Of a stretch of 64,000 bases of DNA, positions 13,401-25,117 are shown piece by piece (the first letter of the stretch is position 1; the number at the start of each line of letters is the position of its first letter). Origin of the DNA: Auanema rhodensis (lineage: Eukaryota; Animalia; Nematoda); assembly GCA_964057225.1 (NCBI GenBank), contig OZ059895.1:13764001-13828000 (forward strand), given 5' to 3'. The position numbers and the translations under genes are program-made. Under the pieces are notes generated by a model, which was not told where the DNA came from, made no database searches, and saw nothing but the letters and a program-made list of their open reading frames with translations.

Positions 13401-16400
13401 TAATTATTTATTTTAGTTATAACACAGATGAAGTTCAAATGTCTTGGACTGAAGCTGGAGTTAGCAAAATGAGAGAAAAAATGGAATTGGCTGATTATGA
13501 ATTAGAAAAGATAACAAATATTCGAAATGCAGAGGTAAAATTTGATTTGATTTTATCTTTTATCAGTCCTTTATATTTCTTTTTAAAACTAAATTTGATG
13601 GCTTAATTCACATATACATTTCAGCCGTATCCAGCAGGATTATGGCATGAATTAACCATGATGTTTCATTTCAAACGTCGAGCTGGATGGTATATTCTAC
13701 AAGCATATCTACCAACTTATCTCACTATTTGCATTTGTAGGTTTATTTTTCTTTGAAAAATTTAAAATTCTCAGAAATCAATATGAATGTAATTTACGTT
13801 TTTAAACTTGGAGCTTATTGATACATAGCATTGATTTTTTTGGTTCGTGTTAGTCTTTCTGAAGTTGATCGTCAATCCCTACTAAACCCTTATGATTGGT
13901 CACAAATGGCAGTCTCGTGCTCGGAAAATAAAAAAAAACACAAACCATGTTCAAATCAGGTTCAAAAAAAGAATTCAAGTATTTTCTAGAACTTAAACTA
14001 AAGAAAATAACCTTAAGTTACTGAAATAAAAAAAGTTCTAAGCTCAAAACAAAAAACTTTTCAACCTGAAATCATAACGCAATCAGGTATTCGGACCAAG
14101 TATGCTTTATCAAGAAGACTAATGTCACGCAATGAAAGATTTCTCTTGGGAATAGACAACGGAGTAAGCATAACGAATAAAGATGAAAGATTGATAAGTC
14201 TTGCTTTCTTACTCTCATTCCCAACCTTTACATAAATAATGAAGAAGAAACCCTTTTGTTAAATTTAGCTTATGGGACTACTTTGAGGGATTGTAGGAGA
14301 AGTTAACCCTACATAGAAAAAAAAAGAATACGAATAAATCATGTTCTATAGAGAATTCTTAGAGTTCTTGGAGCAGAATAGTGAAATTCTCTGATTTCAG
14401 CTTGGATTTCTTTTGCACTTGGATCAAAGGCTATTCCAGCCAGGACAATGCTAGGTGTCAACAGCTTATTAGCTATGACATTCCAGTTTGGTAACATTAT
14501 TCGGAATCTACCACGCGTCTCTTATGTGAAGGTGAACGAATTTAAATATTACAACAAGGAGTGAAAGTTTTATTTTCACTACAAAAACATTCAAATATTG
14601 GAATAAATATAATTTGGATCATTTAAGGCAATTGATGTTTGGATGCTATCTTGTATGACTTTTGTTTTTTGCTCATTATTAGAACTTGCTTGGGTTGGAT
14701 ACTTGTCTCGTGAAGATGAGGTATGACAAATATAAATATTTTTAAAGTTTAAACTATTTTTACAGGAACCTTTAACACAAACACCAAATACACCGAGTTC
14801 TGCTCCGCCACTTCCTGCTAAAACGCCGCCACCAAATAGTGGATATCATAGCACTATGAGCACAATGCATAGGTTAGAAACATATTAAACTGATTAGAAA
14901 TCTTATATTGAAGACGAAATAAAACACATTGTGAAGAAGAATCAGCTGCTTTGCTCTCTTTGAGAGATAATGATTACGGCTATATTCCACCTGGTTTTGG
15001 TTTAAATGGTAATCTTGCATCAGCTATGCGTTCACTTGGAGGAAGGTATATAGAACAACCAAATCGTACAACATTCATAAACTTTTCTAGATGTTCATGT
15101 GAACCACATAATCAATCATATTCTGCGGCATTAGATGATCTTCCAGAATCAGGAGGAAGACCTACCGAGAATTGTTCAAGGTAATTCCAAAGTTGTTAAG
15201 CTTATACTAACTACTCCACTAATTCAGACGCCAACGACGTGAACGATTGGCAAAACGTATTGACACTCTCTCTGCCATAATGTTTCCATCGTTGTTTTCT
15301 TTATTCAATATTGCCTATTGGAGTCATTATCTCCGAGACGGTTGAATATAGTATACACATCAACCTTTGTATGTATCATTCATGTATAAGATTGTAGAAC
15401 AAATTTCAATCTTTTCATACGCTCATTAGGCTATTCTCATTTACTATACGGGTTCTTAGTATTAACTACTCAAAGTTATTTTATTGTTTTTTTATAATCA
15501 AATTATACTTTCCATGCTGCCTTTCTAAACTGCCGATCTATCAATATCTGAGAGTATTATAGTTAACTTCATAACGATTGTGCAAATGCTCAGTCTTTTT
15601 GTATTATACATAGATACTAATGGCTCAATCTATCAACGACTTTTCACTTTTTTCTGAGAACAGTCCTACCATAGATATATCCACACATTCAATCTTATTT
15701 ATGATTTTAGGGATACAGTTCGTAGAATAAGGTATTATTCAAAATTCATTCATACTTACCTAATTATTTGTGATTAAACTTTTAAAAAATAAAATAATTT
15801 GTATAAATATTTGTAAACATTAAATGTTTAACTTTATTTATTTATTTATAAAATGGAAATGGAACTAACTTGAATTGCTCGAGGAATATCATTCATTGGC
15901 AATGTTCCTAAAGGAACAAGACGATCAGGGGCAATTTGACATTGAGCATAGATATCATCGTTCACAAATCTTGAAACGATTTCAGTGTCAGCGGGTTTTG
16001 CCTCAAATTTGAAATTTAAAACACAAAAATGAGATTCAAATTACCCAATAACTGAACATTACAGGAACTGTGCTGATACATTGTACATTGCAATGAGCAC
16101 GATCCATATCATATAGACGAACAGTTGTATCAAAACAATTTGGTTCAACAACACTAATTAATAAGAAAATAAAATGAAATTATAAAATGAAATTACCGAA
16201 AAAGCTTTCCATCTTTAATCATTTGTGTTGTTCCATCTTCTTTATGATCTAATCGTACAAATCCACCATATCCAAATTGCTTAAATATAATAAATATTAT
16301 TATAATTCAATAAATTACTTACTTTCTCAAAATCTGGTATATTTTTTGGAAGTATATGAGCATGTATATCAATCTTTCGCATATTGTTAGCTAAATTAAG

Positions 16401-16528
16401 ATACTGTAATGTGTAAACAACATCCAATTTTATTATAAATTATAATAAAATGCTTGTTCTTATAACTTTAAATATTTCATTTTTCTATTAATAAACAAAC
16501 CTGCAGAAAATTCACAAATTGCTGACAT
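4477..16528 (-). CDS. acsd-1: 2-amino-3-carboxymuconate-6-semialdehyde decarboxylase (ACMSD). 5' exons lie at 15870-16528 and 3' exons at 4477-5314, separated by a 10,555-nt intron.
   Basis: Reads MSAICEFSA|..[10 protein letters not shown] (HxH metal motif)..[10 protein letters not shown]|[19 protein letters not shown]|[41 protein letters not shown]. The phase-0 junction CAA|gttagt...tttag|GAA joins the two halves in frame. Confidence 0.93.
6405..6570 (+). promoter_or_regulatory. GC-rich putative core promoter of the nested channel gene
   Basis: A local GC-rich island in AT-rich DNA with GC/GT-box-like motifs (GGTGGGTGGG, CCCCGCCTC, CCCACCCC), an ATTGG (CCAAT) box and a (GAA)n run. It lies about 400 nt upstream of the first acceptor at about 6970. 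Confidence 0.4.
7054..15345 (+). CDS. lgc-55: Cys-loop ligand-gated chloride channel, LGC-55-like (tyramine-gated) amine-gated family; nested in the ACMSD intron
   Basis: Signal peptide [20 protein letters not shown] (7054-7115), then exons at about 9496, 10212, 11432, 11552, 13268, 13417, 13626, 14401, 14628, 14767, 14913, 15091 and 15228. Cys-loop [16 protein letters not shown]2 [19 protein letters not shown] has the anion-selective PAR motif. The N-terminal [15 protein letters not shown] matches my recollection of LGC-55. TGA at 15343-15345. Confidence 0.85.
7385..7535. repeat. Purine-rich (GA/GAA) low-complexity tract in channel intron 1
   Basis: Almost pure A/G on the + strand (gagagatagagagagagtgag...). 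It generates spurious Phe/Ser/Leu ORFs on the - strand. Confidence 0.7.
8655..8720. repeat. (GA)n/(GGA)n microsatellite
   Basis: Sequence agagagagaggaggaggaggaggaggagagagagaga. Confidence 0.8.
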
Positions 16529-16819
16529 CGTTCAAACCTGAAAATAATATAAAAATGAAAAACAAAACATCAAATATTGGCAATAAGATATGTGTCTTCA
16601 TTGATCGACATCAGTCTTTTGATGACCTTTTGTGATCAGGTCTGTCAAAAAAACGATGATCGATAAAAAGAAAAATATTGTTAATATATGAATCGTTTAT
16701 ATATAAATCGATTATATAATATGATTTATAAGTTTATAATGTATTTTTTATTTTAATTTAAATACAAATATTTATTAAAATATTTATTAAAAAGAACAAT
16801 TAAGCAAATAAATGAAATA

Positions 16820-19103
16820 TCAGTCATCATCGTCATCTTTTGAACGAAATTTATCAGCAATCCACCTAAAAATTATTAAAATTTTTATATATTCTTTAGT
16901 AAAATACCTCGTCTTATTTTGAACTTGTTCTTGAGCTAAATTGAAGCACATAGCTAGTAAAGCCATACCGAATAAGAGATAAACACTGGTGATTACTAAC
17001 TTTTCTTGAGAATCTTTATCATTTCCAACAGAAGCACCTGGGAAACGATCACCAAACCCTGAACAATCATGTAAAATCTTCGTAGAAAACACAATTCAAT
17101 ATTTCTTTCACAAACGAAATGTTATGTCCCATGACATTGTTTCTAACTAGGGAATATAAGTGAGAAACCAATAGTTTTTCTAACAACATCGCCGATTCCC
17201 TAGAGATGTTCTCGTCAGGACGCAAAAACTTCCGAAAAGAGTGGAATTCTAACGTTATGCATTCATGTGATATTAAGAAAATGAAAACAAAATTACTAAT
17301 ATTATTGTATTTTATATAATTATATATAAATATATTAAAATATATTGAATAATTAATAAAATTCATACCTATTGTTGTTAGAGAAATGTAACAAAAGTAA
17401 AAACTTTCTAAGAATGTCCATCCTTCCCATATTTTGAAAAGAATTGTACCTGAAATTCAATAAATAGTTTAAGAAGTGTTGTTTAAGATAAATACAAACC
17501 TGCTATTAGATAAGCAAACATAGTAAAGACAACTAAAGAAAGTGGAACAGTTATCTTATCCAATTGAGCTTGTGCTGTTTCTCGGACTTCTAATTGTTCC
17601 ATTTCAACTCTAGCTGTTAATAGATCTTCCACATCTGGACCACCTGGAAATTCAAAATCTCATTCTTAAAAATAAATAAATTAAGTACCAATGCCTAAAG
17701 AATCTATTGAGCTATCAGCTTTTACACGATGTCCACGTGTCAAACGAGATACTAAAGAGTTTGCTCTTCGAATTTTTGCAGCCTAAGAATGATAATTTAA
17801 GCTTTTCTTTGAACTTCAAAACCAACTTTTCTTTTTTTATGCCATAATATCAAACGATACTTCAAACGAATTGATTGAGCAAACATAAATCTAAATTCAA
17901 ATTCATTAGTTTCTTTGCTAAATTGAACGAATATTTAGTTGCCTGAAAATTTTAGCCATAACATCTCCGATGTTTGTTAAGAAGAGAAGCATAAGAGGGA
18001 TTCCAATTATAGCATAAAGCATAGTTAATGTTTTCCCAATATATGTTTTAGCAGCAGTATTTCCATATCCTTAAAGTACTGTATATATTTCTAAAATGTC
18101 AATGTTATTACCAATAGTTGTAATAACTGTTAAGGAATACAGAAAAGCTCCTGTAAAAGTCCATTGAGCTGCTTGTTTAAACTCTTTTCCATCATATCCA
18201 CGTCTAATAGCAGACATACATACTTTTTGAAACTTTTTAACCTTTAAACATCAAAATAAATAATTAATTTAATTATTATTTTAAATTTACTTCAACATAT
18301 ACAGCATTCTTCCATTGTTGTTCATCCAAACGGTTCACACGGAAAGTAGTATTCCAGACAACAGCAACAGCTCGTTCTCGAGCTGAAGTTACTTCAGATT
18401 GAATCTGAATCAGAAACACTATGTAAACGTCACATATTTAAATAAAAATAATAAAATATATTTAGTAACAACATAACAAGATATTGCTAACCTGTTCTTC
18501 ATGAGGTCCTTCAACAGCTTGAAATATCACTGCCCCTAATAATGCATAGCCAACCACCTAAAAACAACAATCTTTTAAAAGTTTTAGGAAAAAACATTTG
18601 TTTCTGATTTTGAATTTTTATCAAAAATCCCAGTAGATTCATGACATAAACTGAAATGGGGTGTAGAGAAGGATATCATGCGAATCGATGTCATGCTAAA
18701 GTCTATTTCTCTATAGGGAAAAGGCTTTGCTGTGTAACTATGACGTTTCGGGAGATGAAGCATTTGCCATTTTGGGACTTCCGATGACAAGTACTCACAG
18801 ATTCTCTTTTATCTTTTCTTTCGGCCAACAAGCCAAAGTGACTTACGAAAAACATTGAGATCTCAAATACATCACCCGATTTCGAAAAGATTTCCTTCTT
18901 CTGATTTGAAAAGTTACTGGTTATACGTATGGATATCTGTATCAAACAAACTCCTAGCACTCTCAACCTTGTTCTTTTACTAATTATATTGAAATATAAC
19001 TAACCAAAGCACACAATCCGATATGAGAGAAAAAAAAGGCGATTATTTTCTTTACAAGGTTTACAACTCTTGTGACCTTCGAGCGACGGTGGCGTCTACC
19101 CAT
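16820..19103 (-). CDS. TWK-family two-pore-domain (K2P) potassium channel, multi-exon
   Basis: Reads MGRRHRRSK..FFSHIGLCALVVGYALLGAVIF..WTFTGAFLYSLTVITTIGYGN (pore 1)..YAIIGIPLMLLFL..WTFLESFYFCYISLTTIGFGD (pore 2)..YLLFGMALLAMCFNL..KDDDDD*. Confidence 0.93.
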
Positions 19104-20623
19104 GATTACGTAGTGGTAGAAGCCAAATGTTTGGTAAACTCACATAACCAACAATCTATAAAGCAGATTATGAAAAATGAAAAATTTTGAGAATAATCTA
19201 AGAGATTTATTCAGAAAAATCTTAAAAAGATGTTCTATGAAATATAGACTACTCGAAAGTTTGTTTCACTAATCGAAATGAGAAAAACCTAAGAAACAAC
19301 AAAAGTTTTCAATAATGGACGTGCTATCGTTCGAAGTGTGTTTTTCGGAAGAAAAGCTTTCTTTACATGCTCAAAATGGGCGGATCCTTCTCCATGAGTC
19401 TGTATTGGTTCTGACATCAATCCACATGAGGAAAAAGAAGAAAACGCAGAATGGATGAAGTTGGGAGGAATCGGCTAGTACATCAGCAAGCCATTTGAAT
19501 CTCATCTCTTTCCTTCTTCTGTTCCGCTGTTTCGAGCTTTCCTCCGCTGCCTCATCACAGCCTTATGCTCTCTCCGACTAACAATAAGTTCAATGGCCGA
19601 ATTTAGGAGAAGATAGAACATATAAAAAGAATGAAATTAACGACAGTAGAAATGTGCGTTCTTAGTTTATGCATATTATACTTACAAACTTTCATAGAAA
19701 TATTTAGATTTTGATTCTTTAGGAACATTTTAGGGAACTTTGAAATCTTAGGCAAATGCAATAACTCACTGAAGAGATAACTCAAGGTTAATTATAGCAT
19801 ATTATTAGATTATTTCCTTCCAGTTTATATGCAAAAACTGATATATGTACTTATAATGTTTTATGTAGAAACTTCATGAGCTGACTAATAGATTATTTCC
19901 TTTTTTTCAAATTAAAGTATAGTTTTCAGATGCTTTAGAAAACATATTCTTACAAGATAACATTGTTCGAGAGAGATCTATTGAGTAAATTAGTTAATAT
20001 CCAAACTGCAATCACTCAGAGGTATATACAAGAGTGGTCACTTGATGTTCAGCAGTGTACACTTACATTTGCTTAATGCAACTGCATTTCAGCTTATGAA
20101 TGGACGAACGAAAGCAAATAAGTTTAATTTATCTTTGACTGACCTGTCATTAAAATACTAACCTAGTCACAAGTTTCCTAATAATTTTAACTTAAAACTA
20201 ACTGATTGTCATTGTAATTGGTTATTCAAACATTTGTTTTTGAATATTGATATATCAATTAGTCATATTTCCTTATAATATACCTATTATTTTAGATATA
20301 AAAATTAAAAAATCGCAAATAGTTTAAAATGAATAATTAATTTGAATTTAATTACATTTAATTTAATTTACTTTTCGATATTGCTTTTGTTATAACTATT
20401 ATAACAATATATCATCGATAAGATATCTATGTATATTCCTGCCTTAGTGAACTTGACAATCCTGTTGTACGCAATCAATAAATTAATTCTCCAAGGTGTA
20501 CGTAACAATAAAATATTTGTACAGTGATTGTATCTTTTGTTGACTTTATTTATTTATTTATTTATTTTAATTTATGTAATTATTTTGTTTTTTTTTAGTT
20601 ATGGTTCTATTTCGATAAGTATT

Positions 20624-23369
20624 ATGAGTATGGGGTTACTCTGGGGCTCAAGTAATAAGTTGATCCATGCGAAGGTTACAACAATGGACGCTGATCTGGA
20701 CAAAATAGCCATTGAAGTTAGTTTTCGTCGATTATAGTTACAGTTCTGCTTCATATTTACATATAAAATTTTCTCCAGAGTAATTGGACTGGGAGACATC
20801 TTTTTGATGCAGTTTGTCGTATAATTGGTTTGCGTGAAATTTGGTTTTTTGGATTACAATTCACAAATAAGAAAAATATACCATGCTGGTTGCAAATGGA
20901 TAAACTGGTATTCTATTTTAAGAGTTCTTAAATAATTATATTACTTTACAGATATTGAAGCAAGATGTGCCTCGATCTGATGGCGGCACTTATCAGTTTC
21001 TCTTTTTAGTCAAGTTTTTCCCAGAGGAAGTTGAAGAGGAACTTATTCAAGTTGATTCTTTAATCATTTATTTTGCTAAGTTTTAGTATTTAAGGATTTA
21101 ACTAGGCATTTGTTTTTTGTTCAAATCAAGCAATCAATTTTATCAATGCAGTTATATTGTTCACCTGAAGCTTCAGTTCTTCTAGCTAGCTATGCTGTTC
21201 AGGCTATAGTAATCATAATCTAAAAATCTAACTCTTTATTTTATCACTTTAGCATGGAGACTGTTCTGACGAAGTTTGCAATTTGGATTTAGAAAGATTG
21301 CTTCCAAAAAGAGTAATTGACCAATATGATATGAGTCCGGATATGTGGAAAGAGCGAATTAAAAGATGGTGGATGAATAATCACGGTCAATCCAAGTAAG
21401 CATTTTATGTTAATTCTTTTATGATTTCCTATCTACTTTCAAATTTAATGAGTATTATTATATTATACGAAATGTTTGTAATTTTGTTTTGAATTACCCT
21501 GTTACTTCTATTCCGTATTTTGTAGAGAAGAAGCCGAAATGGAATATTTACGTGTTGCTCAAGATTTAGAAATGTATGGAGTTTTATTCTATCCTATATG
21601 CGTATGTTCACTGACTCTTATCTAAAAACTTGATATGTGATTTAGAATAAGAAAGAAACTGATTTACATCTTGGAATTTCTGCACAAGGTCTTGGTATAT
21701 ATAAAGGTAGCAATAGAATAACCCCACGTCCATTTTTCTCTTGGAGTGAGATCAAAAACATATCATTCAGAAGAGGAAGAGTTAGTGTCTGTTTCTTCAA
21801 TTTGTTTTATCATCTTCTTCAGTTTGTAATGAAAACTATGGATAACTCTACAATAAAATTTCGAGCTCAAGATAAGTCGATTAATCCTAGTATTTTGGAC
21901 TTATGTATGGGAACTCACAACTTGTATCTTCGTAGAAGAAAGCCAGACACTTTAGAAGTACTGTTTCTGCTCTCTTGTCTTTTAACGATATTTGCTTTGT
22001 AGGTACAACAAATGAAAGCTCAGGCTAAAGAAGAACGGGCTCGGCGGCAACAAGATGCTGCTAGGCTTGCTAGAGAACGAGAAGATCGTGTTCAAGCTGA
22101 AACAGAGAGAAATGAACTACGTGCGGAAGTTGAACGTATTAATGCAGAATTAATGGAAGTCAGGGTACGGTTAATCATGAAAAAGTGGTGCCTATAGCTA
22201 TATTGAAGGAGTCTGTGCGACGATCAGACGAAACTGCGAAGTTATTAGCAGAGAAAGCTCGAACAACTGAACAAGAAAACTTGTCACTAGCTAAGAAGGC
22301 AAGTGAAGCTGAAGCAGAGTGTCATCGTGCTAATATGGCTCACATAAAGGTAAAATATATTGATTGATGGACTGTTTCTGAAGAATTATTTAGTCGGAAG
22401 AAGCGTTAATGCGAATGGAGAGAAAGGCACGAGAAGCTGAACTTTATGCTCAGAGGATTTCAATGTCATTAGCTGATGTAAATGGTGACAGGAAACAAGC
22501 ATATGGACACAGTTTCAATGAACAAAACGTATAATGCTATTGAATTCCTTATGTTATCTAAATAATTTTCCAGATGTGGCCAATGGCCGGGATTCAATCA
22601 GCTGTTTCTCATCATCAATTAATGACGTCTTCTATTACTGATACCGAACCTCGACCAATGTCTGCGCTTCCTTTCCGCAATTCTTCAATGTTTTTTGTTG
22701 GGAATGCTGCAAATCAAGTATGCATATTATATGTAACTATTTTATTTATTTCATTTCTAACAGTATATACCAAAATCTCCTGACCCGTCTGTTAATCAAC
22801 TCGTAGATATCCAGAATATGAAGCATGAAGTAGAAAAATCAAGGTTTGCTGCGCTTTATATAAAAATATAACAACACACTCATGTTCTAGAAAAGAGTTT
22901 TCTGAGCGTTCGCGACTTTTTAAAGAAAAATTAGCAGGATTTCGAACAGAAATTGATGCATTGAAAAGAGAAGATCGTCAAACTGAAAATGATCTAGCAC
23001 ATGCACGAAATGTGCAAAATGGTTTCGATAAGTTGACTACACTTCGCATGGTAAGTATTCTCAATTTTTCTTATTTTATAATTTTACTTATAAATTTTTT
23101 TTGTTAAAAGTTTGTAAGTTTAAAAGTTCGAGTTTTTAGTCTAAGAGTACGAGCTCACTAGAGCTATTCTTTCATGATATTAAGGGTAAGTTTTCTAAGT
23201 GTTGCGTGACTCTCTTGATAATAAGATTTGTTTTTTTTTTCTCACTTGTGCTGTTTTTTTGTATGTATTAGACTTATTATAATGGTTTTTTACTGATGTT
23301 TCATATTATTTTTTTCAGAGTGCCCGAGGAACACCTCGTCAACGTGGAGAAATTTTTGATGGTTTATAA
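20624..23369 (+). CDS. nfm-1: Merlin/NF2 (FERM domain, coiled coil, C-ERMAD)
   Basis: FERM domain ([65 protein letters not shown]). Merlin 'blue box'-like [13 protein letters not shown]-terminus [16 protein letters not shown]. The start is Met 20624 or 20630. Confidence 0.9.
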
Positions 23370-23761
23370 TTTATTTATGTCTGATATGTACTATCATCTA
23401 TATTTACTATGTAAAAAAAACTCATATTGTAGATATTTGTATTTCTTACTGTGATTACATTTTGCCTTATTTGTATTTTGTGCCTTCGAAATTTTATTTT
23501 TTATTCACATCACAAGCTGCATATCTTCTGCCTTTCGCCTTAGTGTTGCCTTAAAGGTGCTCAGTTACTAGGAAATCTCCTAATCTATTGTATAATAATA
23601 AGCATTTATTTTAAAAATTTATTACATTAAATATTTTTTTATTTTTCGATATTTTTCATTTATATGTTGGCTATAATTCCGAATCATATGCTTCTTAGCC
23701 GTTTAAAGCTATTTTATAAAGAACATTAAAAAAAAAGAATTCTAATATTTTAGCTGATCTC

Positions 23762-24716
23762 ATGGATGCTGACTTACCACAAATACCAGTATCGGAATAT
23801 CCACTAAGTGATCCTCAAGTATGAATTAAGATGTTGAGTATGATATGAGCAAATTCTTGTTAAGGATTTTTATAAGATTGAAGATGAATTTGCTAAACAA
23901 TCAACACACGCTCAATTCGAAAGTGATTTTTTGAAAGAATCAGAAATTGTGAGGAAAGCTTTAGATGATATTGTGAATGGAAGTACAGAGGTTTGCTACA
24001 ATTATTTTTCCTGAAGATCACTGAATATTTAGCCGTTGAGTGAAGATCTTTATATCAGAATTTCCAAAATGAGGAGGATTGGACGTTTAGCACAATATGC
24101 TACAGCTCTTAACAAAAGTGAAGTATCTAATAGATTGCAACAAGTATGATGTTGTATTTTATCAATTGTTATTTTAATTGTTTTAGGCTGAAGCTCAATA
24201 CCTTCAATTACAGAACGTCAACAGTGAGATACAACATTTGCAGAAAGAAATATCAAGATGTCTCCAATTTAGGTTGTTTCGATTGTGTTTCCATAATTTT
24301 ACTATTTTGTTGTAGAGCGGGTGATGACAACATTGACTTGGTCAATGAAGATGAGTTTTATTCAAATGCTCCTGAATCTATTTCGAATGCAGAAGTAACT
24401 AAAACTGATGAACACGCGAAGCATCTAGCTCGTTTAAGTTACGAATTGCAACAACGAAAACAGTAATTATAGTTTCGATGATTCCTAATTCAATGTCACG
24501 GTTGTAGGCTTATGGGTACCTTAGAAGAACAGGAAGGTCGTAGAAGTGTCCTTATCAGTGATATTAACGGCAAGGAACAACGTCTGAAAAGCCTTCGCCC
24601 GAAGATCGAGAACTTGATTGCGGTTGGCATTTCGACAAATCAATATTCATTACTATTTCTTTCAGGCTGCCAAGCCCGTACAAGATGTATTAGACCTTGG
24701 TGCTGAGCCTGGATAA
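23762..24716 (+). CDS. thoc-5: THO complex subunit 5 (FMIP/Thoc5 N-terminal domain only, about 230 aa)
   Basis: LQLQNVNSEIQHLQKEISRCLQF, IDLVNEDEFYSNAP and HAKHLARLSYELQQRKQL match the THOC5 LQLQNLxYE..HLxKEI..C..F / EEFY..AP / LARLxxELxQRKxL motifs. Seven exons, TAA at 24714-24716. Confidence 0.85.
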
Positions 24717-25117
24717 GTATTACATTGAATATCGCTGTTATAATTACATAAAAACTACTGTTATCTGTTATATTTTGGGTCTTGTTTTTTATAAGAATTA
24801 TTCTTATAACTTTGATCCAGTTATTTTCTCATAAATTATTAATACATTAGATTGTATACATAATTCGTATCCAACGAATTAACCTCCAACTCAAATTGGT
24901 TATGATATCCATTTTTTTAAATTTCAGAAACAAACCGATTTGTATAGTATCTTTTTCCTATTTTGAGAAGATAAAATAAATTTTGAACTGATTTCACATA
25001 TTTTTCCTGAATGTTCAACGAGAAGACGTATATTCATAATAGCATTGAAATAAGTTCAAAACTTGCAATACTTTTAGTTTTTTCAAGTTCAACGTTTATT
25101 TATTTTTTTTAGTGATT

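Noticed and set aside
13830-14135. Loose inverted similarity (TTAGTCTTTCTGA / TCAAGAAGACTAA) in a channel intron
   Set aside because: Too short and imperfect, with no target-site duplication, to call a transposon.
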